Under the pieces are notes generated by a model. That model saw only the letters and a program-made list of their open reading frames with translations, was not told where the DNA came from and ran no database searches. Source: the human T2T-CHM13v2.0 reference genome, Homo sapiens. Taken from it: DNA of 64,000 nucleotides. Where the stretch lies: the NCBI RefSeq assembly GCF_009914755.1, contig NC_060928.1, one strand, 5' to 3'. Positions 12,018-24,604 of the stretch are shown here, one piece after another. The stretch's first letter is position 1, and each line of letters begins with the position of its first letter. Made by a program: the position numbers and the translations under genes.

Positions 12018-15000
12018 CATTCTCAGAAACTTGTTTGTTTTGTGTGTATTCAACTAACAGAGTTGAACTTTTGTTTTTACAGAGCCGTTTTAAAACACTC
12101 TTTTTGTGGAATCAGAAAGTGGATATTCGGATGGCTCTGAGGATTTCGTTGGAAGCGGGATTACATATAAAATCTAGAGAGAAGCATTCTCAGGAACTTC
12201 TTTGTGATGTTTGCATTGAAGTCACAGAATTGAACATTCACTTTGATAGAGCAGGTTTGAAACACTCATTCTGTAGTATCTGGAAGTGGACATTTCAAGC
12301 GCTTTCAGGCCTATGGTGAAAAAGGAAATATCTTCGAATAAAAACTAGACAGAAGCATCCTCAGAAACTTATTTGTGATGTGTGTCCTCAACTAACAGAG
12401 TTGAAACTTTGTTTTGATACAGCATTTTGGAAACACTCCTTTTGTAGAATCTGCAGGTGGATATGTGGATAGCTCTGAAGATTTCGTTGGAAACGGGAAT
12501 TTCTTCATATAAAATCAAACAGAAGCATTCTCAGAAACTTCTCAGTGATGTTTGCATTCAGCTCATGGAGTTGAACACTTCCTTTCATAGAGCCAGTTTG
12601 AAACACTCTTTCTGCACTACCTGGAAGAGGCCATTTCGAGCGCTTTGAGTCCTATGGTGAAAAAGGAAATATCTTCTCATAAAAACCAGAAAGAAGCATT
12701 CTCAGAAACTTCTTTGTGTTGCGTGTACTCATGTAACAGTGTTGAACCATCCTTTTGACAGAGCAGTTTTGAAACACTCTTTTTGTAGAATCTGCAAGTG
12801 GATATTTGGATAGCTTTGAGGATTTCGTTGGAAACGGGATGACATATAATATCTAGAGAGAAGCATTCTCAGGAACTTCTTTGTGCTGTTTGCATTCAAG
12901 TCACAGAATTGAACATTCCCTTTCATAGAGCAGATTTGAAACACTCTTTCTCTAGTATCTGGAAGTGGGCATTTCAAGTGCTTTCAGGCCTATTGAGAGA
13001 AAGGAAATACCTTCAAATAAAAACTAGACAGAAGCATTCTCAGAAACTTATTTGTGATGTGTGTCCTCAACTAACAGATTTGAACCTTTGTTTTGATACA
13101 GCATTTTGGAAACACTCCTTTTGTAGAATCTGCAGGTGGATATTTGGATAGCTTTGAAGATTTCGTTGGAAACCGGAATATCTTCATATAAAATCAAGAC
13201 AGAAGCATTCTCGGAAACATCTGTGTGATGTTTGCATTCAACTCAGTAGAGTTGAACACTTCCTTTCATAGAGCCGGTTTGAAACACTCTTTCTGCACTA
13301 CCTGGAAGCGGACATTTCGAGCGCTTTGAGGCCTATGGTGAAAAAGGAAATATCTTCTCATAAAAACCAGAAAGAAGCATTCTCAGAAACTTCTTTGTGT
13401 TGTGTGTACTCAAGTAACAGTGTTGAACCTTCCTTTTGACACAGCAGTTTTGAAACACTCTTTTGGTAGAATCTGCAAGTGGATATTTGGATAGCTTTGA
13501 GGATTTCGTTGGAAACGGGTTATCTTCATATTAAATCCAGACAGGAGCATTCTCAGAAACTTCTTTGTGCTGCATGTCCTCAATTCACAGAGCTGAACCT
13601 TTGTTTGGATACAGCATTTTGGAAACATTCCTTTAGTAGAATCTGCAAGTTGATATTTAGATAGCTTTGAAGATTTCGTTGGAAACGGGAATATCTTCAT
13701 AGAAAATCTAGACGGAAGCATTCTCAGAAACTGCTTTGTGATGTTTGCATTCAAGTCACAGAGTTGAATATTCCCTTTTATAGAGTAGGTTTGAAACACT
13801 CTTTCGGCACTACCTGGAAGTGGATATTTCGAGCTCTTTGAGGCCTATGGTTAAAAGGAAATATCTTCCCATAAAAACTAGACAGAAGCCGTCTCAGAAA
13901 CTTGTTTGTGATGTGTGTATTCAACTAACAGAGTTGAACATTTCTGTTACAGAGCAATTTTAAAACACTCTTTTTGTGGAATCTGAAAGTGGATAATTGG
14001 ATAGCTTTGTGGATTTCGTTGGAAACGGGATGACGTATAAAATCTAGAGAGAAGCATTCTCAGGAACTTCTTTCTGATGTTTGCATTCAAGTCACAGAAT
14101 TGAACATTCCTTTTCATAGTGCAGGTTTGAAACACTCTTTCTGTAGTATCTGGAAGTGGACATTTCAAGCGCTTTCAGGCCTACGGGGAGAAAGGAAATA
14201 TCTTCAAATAAAAACTAGACAGAAGGATTCTCAGAAACTTATTTGTGATGTGTGTCCTAAACGAACACAGTTGAACCTTTGTTTTGATACAGCATTTTGG
14301 AAACACTCCTTTTGTAGGATCTGCAGGTGGATATTTGGATAGATTTTAAGATTTCGTTGGAAACGGGAGTTTCTTCATAGAAACTCAAGACAGATGCATT
14401 CTCAGAAACATCTCTGTGATGTTTGCATTCCACTCATAGAGTTGAAAACTTCCTTTCATAGAGCAGGTTTGAAACACTCTTTTTGTAATATTTGGAAGTG
14501 GACATTTGCAGCGCTTTGAGGCCTATGGTGAAAAAGGAAATATCTTCTCATAAAAACCAGAAACAAGCATTCTCAGAAACTTCTTTTTGATGTGTGTACT
14601 CAAGTAACAGAGTTGAACCTTCCTTTTGACACAGCAGTTTTGAAACAATCTTTTTGTAGAATCTGCAAGTGGATATTTGGATAGCTTTGAGGATTTCGTT
14701 GGAAACGGGATATCTTCATATAAAATCTAGACAGAAGCATTCTCAGAAACTTCTTTGTGCTGTATGTCCTCAATTAACAGAGTTGAACCATTGCTTGGAT
14801 ACAGCATTTTGGAAACATTCCTTGAGTAGAATCTGCAAGTTGATATTTAGATAGATTTGAAGATTTCGTTGGAAAAGGGAATATCTCCATATAAAATCTA
14901 GAGGGAAGCATTCTCAGAAACTGCTTTGTGATGTTTCCATTCAAGTCACAGAGTTGAATATTCCCTTTTATAGAGCACGTTTGAAACACTCTTTCTGCAC

Positions 15001-15079
15001 TATCTGGAAGTGGACATTTCGAGCGCTTTGAGGCCTATGGTGAAAAAGGAAATATCTTCCCATAAAAACTAGACAGAAG
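12018..15079 (+). repeat. 18-mer HOR variant (3062 bp), m3/m4 fusion
   Basis: 170 bp shorter than canonical. One monomer starts like m3 (CATCCTC, GAAACTTTG) and ends like m4 (ATATGTGG, AAATCAAAC). Confidence 0.92.
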
Positions 15080-18000
15080 CATTCTCAGAAACTTGTTTGT
15101 GATGTGTGTATTCAACTAACAGAGTTGAACTTTTGTTTTTACAGAGCCGTTTTAAAACACTCTTTTTGTGGAATCAGAAAGTGGATATTCGGATGGCTCT
15201 GAGGATTTCGTTGGAAGCGGGATTACATATAAAATCTAGAGAGAAGCATTCTCAGGAACTTCTTTGTGATGTTTGCATTGAAGTCACAGAATTGAACATT
15301 CACTTTGATAGAGCAGGTTTGAAACACTCATTCTGTAGTATCTGGAAGTGGACATTTCAAGCGCTTTCAGGCCTATGGTGAGAAAGGAAATATCTTCGAA
15401 TAAAAACTAGACAGAAGCATCCTCAGAAACTTATTTGTGATGTGTGTCCTCAACTAACAGAGTTGAAACTTTGTTTTGATACAGCATTTTGGAAACACTC
15501 TTTTTGTAGAATCTGCAGGTGGATATTTGGATAGCTTAGAGGGATTCGTTGGAAAGGGGATATCTTCATATAAAATCTAGACAGAAGCATTCTCAGAAAC
15601 TTATTTGTGATGTGTGTCCTCAACTAACAGAGTTGAACCTTGGTTTTGATACAGCATTTTGGAAACACTCCTTTTGTAGAATCTGCAGGTGGATATGTGG
15701 ATAGCTCTGAAGATTTCGTTGGAAACGGGAATTTCTTCATATAAAATCAAACAGAAGCATTCTCAGAAACTTCTCAGTGATGTTTGCATTCAGCTCATGG
15801 AGTTGAACACTTCCTTTCATAGAGCCGGTTTGAAACACTCTTTCTGCACTACCTGGAAGAGGCCATTTCGAGCGCTTTGAGTCCTATGGTGAAAAAGGAA
15901 ATATCTTCTCATAAAAACCAGAAAGAAGCATTCTCAGAAACTTCTTTGTGTTGTGTGTACTCATGTAACAGTGTTGAACCATCCTTTTGACAGAGCAGTT
16001 TTGAAACACTCTTTTTGTAGAATCTGCAAGTGGATATTTGGATAGCTTTGAGGATTTCGTTGGAAACGGGATGACATATAATATCTAGAGAGAAGCATTC
16101 TCAGGAACTTCTTTGTGCTGTTTGCATTCAAGTCACAGAATTGAACATTCCCTTTCATAGAGCAGATTTGAAACACTCTTTCTCTAGTATCTGGAAGTGG
16201 GCATTTCAAGCGCTTTCAGGCCTATTGAGAGAAAGGAAATACCTTCAAATAAAAACTAGACAGAAGCATTCTCAGAAACTTATTTGTGATGTGTGTCCTC
16301 AACTAACAGAGTTGAACCTTTGTTTTGATACAGCATTTTGGAAACACTCCTTTTGTAGAATCTGCAGGTGGATATTTGGATAGCTTTGAAGATTTCGTTG
16401 GAAACCGGAATATCTTCATATAAAATCAAGACAGAAGCATTCTCGGAAACATCTGTGTGATGTTTGCATTCAACTCAGTAGAGTTGAACACTTCCTTTCA
16501 TAGAGCCGGTTTGAAACACTCTTTCTGCACTACCTGGAAGCGGACATTTCGAGCGCTTTGAGGCCTATGGTGAAAAAGGAAATATCTTCTCATAAAAACC
16601 AGAAAGAAGCATTCTCAGAAACTTCTTTGTGTTGTGTGTACTCAAGTAACAGTGTTGAACCTTCCTTTTGACACAGCAGTTTTGAAACACTCTTTTGGTA
16701 GAATCTGCAAGTGGATATTTGGATAGCTTTGAGGATTTCGTTGGAAACGGGTTATCTTCATATTAAATCCAGACAGGAGCATTCTCAGAAACTTCTTTGT
16801 GCTGCATGTCCTCAATTCACAGAGCTGAACCTTTGTTTGGATACAGCATTTTGGAAACATTCCTTTAGTAGAATCTGCAAGTTGATATTTAGATAGCTTT
16901 GAAGATTTCGTTGGAAACGGGAATATCTTCATAGAAAATCTAGACGGAAGCATTCTCAGAAACTGCTTTGTGATGTTTGCATTCAAGTCACAGAGTTGAA
17001 TATTCCCTTTTATAGAGTAGGTTTGAAACACTCTTTCGGCACTACCTGGAAGTGGATATTTCGAGCTCTTTGAGGCCTATGGTTAAAAGGAAATATCTTC
17101 CCATAAAAACTAGACAGAAGCCGTCTCAGAAACTTGTTTGTGATGTGTGTATTCAACTAACAGAGTTGAACATTTCTGTTACAGAGCAATTTTAAAACAC
17201 TCTTTTTGTGGAATCTGAAAGTGGATAATTGGATAGCTTTGTGGATTTCGTTGGAAACGGGATGACGTATAAAATCTAGAGAGAAGCATTCTCAGGAACT
17301 TCTTTCTGATGTTTGCATTCAAGTCACAGAATTGAACATTCCTTTTCATAGTGCAGGTTTGAAACACTCTTTCTGTAGTATCTGGAAGTGGACATTTCAA
17401 GCGCTTTCAGGCCTACGGGGAGAAAGGAAATATCTTCAAATAAAAACTAGACAGAAGGATTCTCAGAAACTTATTTGTGATGTGTGTCCTAAACGAACAC
17501 AGTTGAACCTTTGTTTTGATACAGCATTTTGGAAACACTCCTTTTGTAGGATCTGCAGGTGGATATTTGGATAGATTTTAAGATTTCGTTGGAAACGGGA
17601 GTTTCTTCATAGAAACTCAAGACAGATGCATTCTCAGAAACATCTCTGTGATGTTTGCATTCCACTCATAGAGTTGAAAACTTCCTTTCATAGAGCAGGT
17701 TTGAAACACTCTTTTTGTAATATTTGGAAGTGGACATTTGCAGCGCTTTGAGGCCTATGGTGAAAAAGGAAATATCTTCTCATAAAAACCAGAAACAAGC
17801 ATTCTCAGAAACTTCTTTTTGATGTGTGTACTCAAGTAACAGAGTTGAACCTTCCTTTTGACACAGCAGTTTTGAAACAATCTTTTTGTAGAATCTGCAA
17901 GTGGATATTTGGATAGCTTTGAGGATTTCGTTGGAAACGGGATATCTTCATATAAAATCTAGACAGAAGCATTCTCAGAAACTTCTTTGTGCTGTATGTC

Positions 18001-21000
18001 CTCAATTAACAGAGTTGAACCATTGCTTGGATACAGCATTTTGGAAACATTCCTTGAGTAGAATCTGCAAGTTGATATTTAGATAGATTTGAAGATTTCG
18101 TTGGAAAAGGGAATATCTCCATATAAAATCTAGAGGGAAGCATTCTCAGAAACTGCTTTGTGATGTTTCCATTCAAGTCACAGAGTTGAATATTCCCTTT
18201 TATAGAGCACGTTTGAAACACTCTTTCTGCACTATCTGGAAGTGGACATTTCGAGCGCTTTGAGGCCTATGGTGAAAAAGGAAATATCTTCCCATAAAAA
18301 CTAGACAGAAGCATTCTCAGAAACTTGTTTGTGATGTGTGTATTCAACTAACAGAGTTGAACTTTTGTTTTTACAGAGCCGTTTTAAAACACTCTTTTTG
18401 TGGAATCAGAAAGTGGATATTCGGATGGCTCTGAGGATTTCGATGGAAGCGGGATTACATATAAAATCTAGAGAGAAGCATTCTCAGGAACTTCTTTGTG
18501 ATGTTTGCATTGAAGTCACAGAATTGAACATTCACTTTGATAGAGCAGGTTTGAAACACTCATTCTGTAGTATCTGGAAGTGGACATTTCAAGCGCTTTC
18601 AGGCCTATGGTGAGAAAGGAAATATCTTCGAATAAAAACTAGACAGAAGCATCCTCAGAAACTTATTTGTGATGTGTGTCCTCAACTAACAGAGTTGAAA
18701 CTTTGTTTTGATACAGCATTTTGGAAACACTCTTTTTGTAGAATCTGCAGGTGGATATTTGGATAGCTTAGAGGGATTCGTTGGAAAGGGGATATCTTCA
18801 TATAAAATCTAGACAGAAGCATTCTCAGAAACTTATTTGTGATGTGTGTCCTCAACTAACAGAGTTGAACCTTGGTTTTGATACAGCATTTTGGAAACGC
18901 TCCTTTTGTAGAATCTGCAGGTGGATATGTGGATAACTCTGAAGATTTCGTTGGAAACGGGAATTTCTTCATATAAAATCAAACAGAAGCATTCTCAGAA
19001 ACTTCTCAGTGATGTTTGCATTCAGCTCATGGAGTTGAACACTTCCTTTCATAGAGCCGGTTTGAAACACTCTTTCTGCACTACCTGGAAGAGGACATTT
19101 CGAGCGCTTTGAGTCCTATGGTGAAAAAGGAAATATCTTCTCATAAAAACCAGAAAGAAGCATTCTCAGAAACTTCTTTGTGTTGTGTGTACTCATGTAA
19201 CAGTGTTGAACCATCCTTTTGACGGAGCAGTTTTGAAACACTCTTTTTGTAGAATCTGCAAGTGGATATTTGGATAGCTTTGAGGATTTCGTTGGAAACG
19301 GGATGACATATAATATCTAGACAGAAGCATTCTCAGGAACTTCTTTGTGATGTTTGCATTCAAGTCACAGAATTGAACATTCCCTTTCATAGAGCAGGTT
19401 TGAAACACTCTTTCTCTAGTATCTGGAAGTGGGCATTTCAAGCGCTTTCAGGCCTATGGAGAGAAAGGAAATACCTTCAAATAAAAACTAGACAGAAGCA
19501 TTCTCAGAAACTTATTTGTGATGTGTGTCCTCAACTAACAGAATTGAACCTTTGTTTTGATACAGCATTTTGGAAACACTCCTTTTGTAGAATCTGCAGG
19601 TGGATATTTGGATAACTTTGAAGATTTCGTTGGAAACCGGAATATCTTCATATAAAATCAAGACAGAAGCATTCTCGGAAACATCTCTGTGATGTTTGCA
19701 TTCAACTCAGTAGAGTTGAACACTTCCTTTCATAGCGCCGGTTTGATACACTCTTTCTGCACTACCTGGAAGCGGACATTTCGAGCGCTTTGAGGCCTAT
19801 GGTGAAAAAGGAAATATCTTCTCATAAAAACCAGAAAGAAGCATTCTCAGAAACTTCTTTGTGTTGTGTGTACTCAAGTAACAGTGTTGAACCTTCCTTT
19901 TGACACAGCAGTTTTGAAACACTCTTTTGGTAGAATCTGCAAGTGGATATTTGGATAGCTTTGAGGATTTCGTTGGAAACGGGTTATCTTCATATAAAAT
20001 CCAGACAGGAGCATTCTCAGAAACTTCTTTGTGCTGCATGTCCTCAATTCACAGAGCTGAACCTTTGTTTGGATATAGCATTTTGGAAACATTCCTTTAG
20101 TAGAATCTGCAAGTTGATATTTAGATAGCTTTGAAGATTTCGTTGGAAACGGGAATATCTTCATAGAAAATCTAGACGGAAGCATTCTCAGAAACTGCTT
20201 TGTGATGTTTGCATTCAAGTCACAGAGTTGAATATTCCCTTTTATAGAGTAGGTTTGAAACACTCTTTCGGCACTACCTGGAAGTGGATATTTCGAGCTC
20301 TTTGAGGCCTATGGTTAAAAGGAAATATCTTCCCATAAAAACTAGACAGAAGCCGTCTCAGAAACTTGTTTGTGATGTGTGTATTCAACTAACAGAGTTG
20401 AACATTTCTGTTACAGAGCAATTTTAAAACACTCTTTTTGTGGAATCTGAAAGTGGATAATTGGATAGCTTTGTGGATTTCGTTGGAAACGGGATGACGT
20501 ATAAAATCTAGAGAGAAGCATTCTCAGGAACTTCTTTCTGATGTTTGCATTCAAGTCACAGAATTGAACATTCCTTTTCATAGTGCAGGTTTGAAACACT
20601 CTTTCTGTAGTATCTGGAAGTGGACATTTCAAGCGCTTTCAGGCCTACGGGGAGAAAGGAAATATCTTCAAATAAAAACTAGACAGAAGGATTCTCAGAA
20701 ACTTATTTGTGATGTGTGTCCTAAACGAACACAGTTGAACCTTTGTTTAGATACAGCATTTTGGAAACACTCCTTTTGTAGGATCTGCAGGTGGATATTT
20801 GGATAGATTTTAAGATTTCGTTGGAAACGGGAGTTTCTTCATAGAAACTCAAGACAGATGCATTCTCAGAAACATCTCTGTGATGTTTGCATTCCACTCA
20901 TAGAGTTGAAAACTTCCTTTCATAGAGCAGGTTTGAAACACTCTTTTTGTAATATTTGGAAGTGGACATTTGCAGCGCTTTGAGGCCTATGGTGAAAAAG

Positions 21001-21543
21001 GAAATATCTTCTCATAAAAACCAGAAACAAGCATTCTCAGAAACTTCTTTTTGATGTGTGTACTCAAGTAACAGAGTTGAACCTTCCTTTTGACACAGCA
21101 GTTTTGAAACAATCTTTTTGTAGAATCTGCAAGTGGATATTTGGATAGCTTTGAGGATTTCGTTGGAAACGGGATATCTTCATATAAAATCTAGACAGAA
21201 GCATTCTCAGAAACTTCTTTGTGCTGTATGTCCTCAATTAACAGAGTTGAACCATTGCTTGGATACAGCATTTTGGAAACATTCCTTTAGTAGAATCTGC
21301 AAGTTGATATTTAGATAGATTTGAAGATTTCGTTGGAAAAGGGAATATCTCCATATAAAATCTAGACGGAAGCATTCTCAGAAACTGCTTTGTGATGTTT
21401 CCATTCAAGTCACAGAGTTGAATATTCCCTTTTATAGAGCACGTTTGAAACACTCTTTCTGCACTATCTGGAAGTGGACATTTCGAGCGCTTTGAGGCCT
21501 ATGGTGAAAAAGGAAATATCTTCCCATAAAAATTAGACAGAAG
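15080..21543 (+). repeat. Two canonical 19-mer HORs
   Basis: Markers at 15106, 18338 and 21570 are 3232 bp apart. Confidence 0.95.
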
Positions 21544-24500
21544 CATTCTCAGAAACTTGTTTGTGATGTGTGTATTCAACTAACAGAGTTGAACTTTTGT
21601 TTTTACAGAGCCGTTTTAAAACACTCTTTTTGTGGAATCAGAAAGTGGATATTCGGATGGCTCTGAGGATTTCGTTGGAAGCGGGATTACATATAAAATC
21701 TAGAGAGAAGCATTCTCAGGAACTTCTTTGTGATGTTTGCATTGAAGTCACAGAATTGAACATTCACTTTGATAGAGCAGGTTTGAAACACTCATTCTGT
21801 AGTATCTGGAAGTGGACATTTCAAGCGCTTTCAGGCCTATGGTGAAAAAGGAAATATCTTCGAATAAAAACTAGACAGAAGCATCCTCAGAAACTTATTT
21901 GTGATGTGTGTCCTCAACTAACAGAGTTGAAACTTTGTTTTGATACAGCATTTTGGAAACACTCCTTTTGTAGAATCTGCAGGTGGATATGTGGATAGCT
22001 CTGAAGATTTCGTTGGAAACTGGAATTTCTTCATATAAAATCAAACAGAAGCATTCTCAGAAACTTCTCAGTGATGTTTGCATTCAGCTCATGGAGTTGA
22101 ACACTTCCTTTCATAGAGCCGGTTTGAAACACTCTTTCTGCACTACCTGGAAGAGGCCATTTCGAGCGCTTTGAGTCCTATGGTGAAAAAGGAAATATCT
22201 TCTCATAAAAACCAGAAAGAAGCATTCTCAGAAACTTCTTTGTGTTGTGTGTACTCATGTAACAGTGTTGAACCATCCTTTTGACAGAGCAGTTTTGAAA
22301 CACTCTTTTTGTAGAATCTGCAAGTGGATATTTGGATAGCTTTGAGGATTTCGTTGGAAACGGGATGACATATAATATCTAGAGAGAAGCATTCTCAGGA
22401 ACTTCTTTGTGCTGTTTGCATTCAAGTCACAGAATTGAACATTCCCTTTCATAGAGCAGATTTGAAACACTCTTTCTCTAGTATCTGGAAGTGGGCATTT
22501 CAAGCGCTTTCAGGCCTATTGAGAGAAAGGAAATACCTTCAAATAAAAACTAGACAGAAGCATTCTCAGAAACTTATTTGTGATGTGTGTCCTCAACTAA
22601 CAGAGTTGAACCTTTGTTTTGATACAGCATTTTGGAAACACTCCTTTTGTAGAATCTGCAGGTGGATATTTGGATAGCTTTGAAGATTTCGTTGGAAACC
22701 GGAATATCTTCATATAAAATCAAGACAGAAGCATTCTCGGAAACATCTCTGTGATGTTTGCATTCAACTCAGTAGAGTTGAACAATTCCTTTCATAGAGC
22801 CGGTTTGAAACACTCTTTCTGCACTACCTGGAAGCGGACATTTCGAGCGCTTTGAGGCCTATGGTGAAAAAGGAAATATCTTCTCATAAAAACCAGAAAG
22901 AAGCATTCTCAGAAACTTCTTTGTGTTGTGTGTACTCAAGTAAAAGTGTTGAACCTTCCTTTTGACACAGCAGTTTTGAAACACTCTTTTGGTAGAATCT
23001 GCAAGTGGATATTTGGATAGCTTTGAGGATTTCGTTGGAAACGGGTTATCTTCATATAAAATCCAGACAGGAGCATTCTCAGAAACTTCTTTGTGCTGCA
23101 TGTCCTCAATTCACAGAGCTGAACCTTTGTTTGGATACAGCATTTTGGAAACATTCCTTTAGTAGAATCTGCAAGTTGATATTTAGATAGCTTTGAAGAT
23201 TTCGTTGGAAACGGGAATATCTTCATAGAAAATCTAGACGGAAGCATTCTCAGAAACTGCTTTGTGATGTTTGCATTCAAGTCACAGAGTTGAATATTCC
23301 CTTTTATAGAGTAGGTTTGAAACACTCTTTCGGCACTACCTGGAAGTGGATATTTCGAGCTCTTTGAGGCCTATGGTTAAAAGGAAATATCTTCCCATAA
23401 AAACTAGACAGAAGCCGTCTCAGAAACTTGTTTGTGATGTGTGTATTCAACTAACAGAGTTGAACATTTCTGTTACAGAGCAATTTTAAAACACTCTTTT
23501 TGTGGAATCTGAAAGTGGATAATTGGATAGCTTTGTGGATTTCGTTGGAAACGGGATGACGTATAAAATCTAGAGAGAAGCATTCTCAGGAACTTCTTTC
23601 TGATGTTTGCATTCAAGTCACAGAATTGAACATTCCTTTTCATAGTGCAGGTTTGAAACACTCTTTCTGTAGTATCTGGAAGTGGACATTTCAAGCGCTT
23701 TCAGGCCTACGGGGAGAAAGGAAATATCTTCAAATAAAAACTAGACAGAAGGATTCTCAGAAACTTATTTGTGATGTGTGTCCTAAACGAACACAGTTGA
23801 ACCTTTGTTTTCATACAGCATTTTGGAAACACTCCTTTTGTAGGATCTGCAGGTGGATATTTGGATAGATTTTAAGATTTCGTTGGAAACGGGAGTTTCT
23901 TCATAGAAACTCAAGACAGATGCATTCTCAGAAACATCTCTGTGATGTTTGCATTCCACTCATAGAGTTGAAAACTTCCTTTCATAGAGCAGGTTTGAAA
24001 CACTCTTTTTGTAATATTTGGAAGTGGACATTTGCAGCGCTTTGAGGCCTATGGTGAAAAAGGAAATATCTTCTCATAAAAACCAGAAACAAGCATTCTC
24101 AGAAACTTCTTTTTGATGTGTGTACTCAAGTAACAGAGTTGAACCTTCCTTTTGACACAGCAGTTTGAAACAATCTTTTTGTAGAATCTGCAAGTGGATA
24201 TTTGGATAGCTTTGAGGATTTCGTTGGAAACGGGATATCTTCATATAAAATCTAGACAGAAGCATTCTCAGAAACTTCTTTGTGCTGTATGTCCTCAATT
24301 AACAGAGTTGAACCATTGCTTGGATACAGCATTTTGGAAACATTCCTTGAGTAGAATCTGCAAGTTGATATTTAGATAGATTTGAAGATTTCGTTGGAAA
24401 AGGGAATATCTCCATATAAAATCTAGAGGGAAGCATTCTCAGAAACTGCTTTGTGATGTTTCCATTCAAGTCACAGAGTTGAATATTCCCTTTTATAGAG

Positions 24501-24604
24501 CACGTTTGAAACACTCTTTCTGCACTATCTGGAAGTGGACATTTCGAGCGCTTTGAGGCCTATGGTGAAAAAGGAAATATCTTCCCATAAAAACTAGACA
24601 GAAG
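21544..24604 (+). repeat. 18-mer HOR variant (3061 bp), m3/m4 fusion plus 1-bp deletion in m17
   Basis: Marker spacing 21570 to 24631. CAGTTTGAAA near 24161-24170 replaces the usual CAGTTTTGAAA. Confidence 0.92.
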
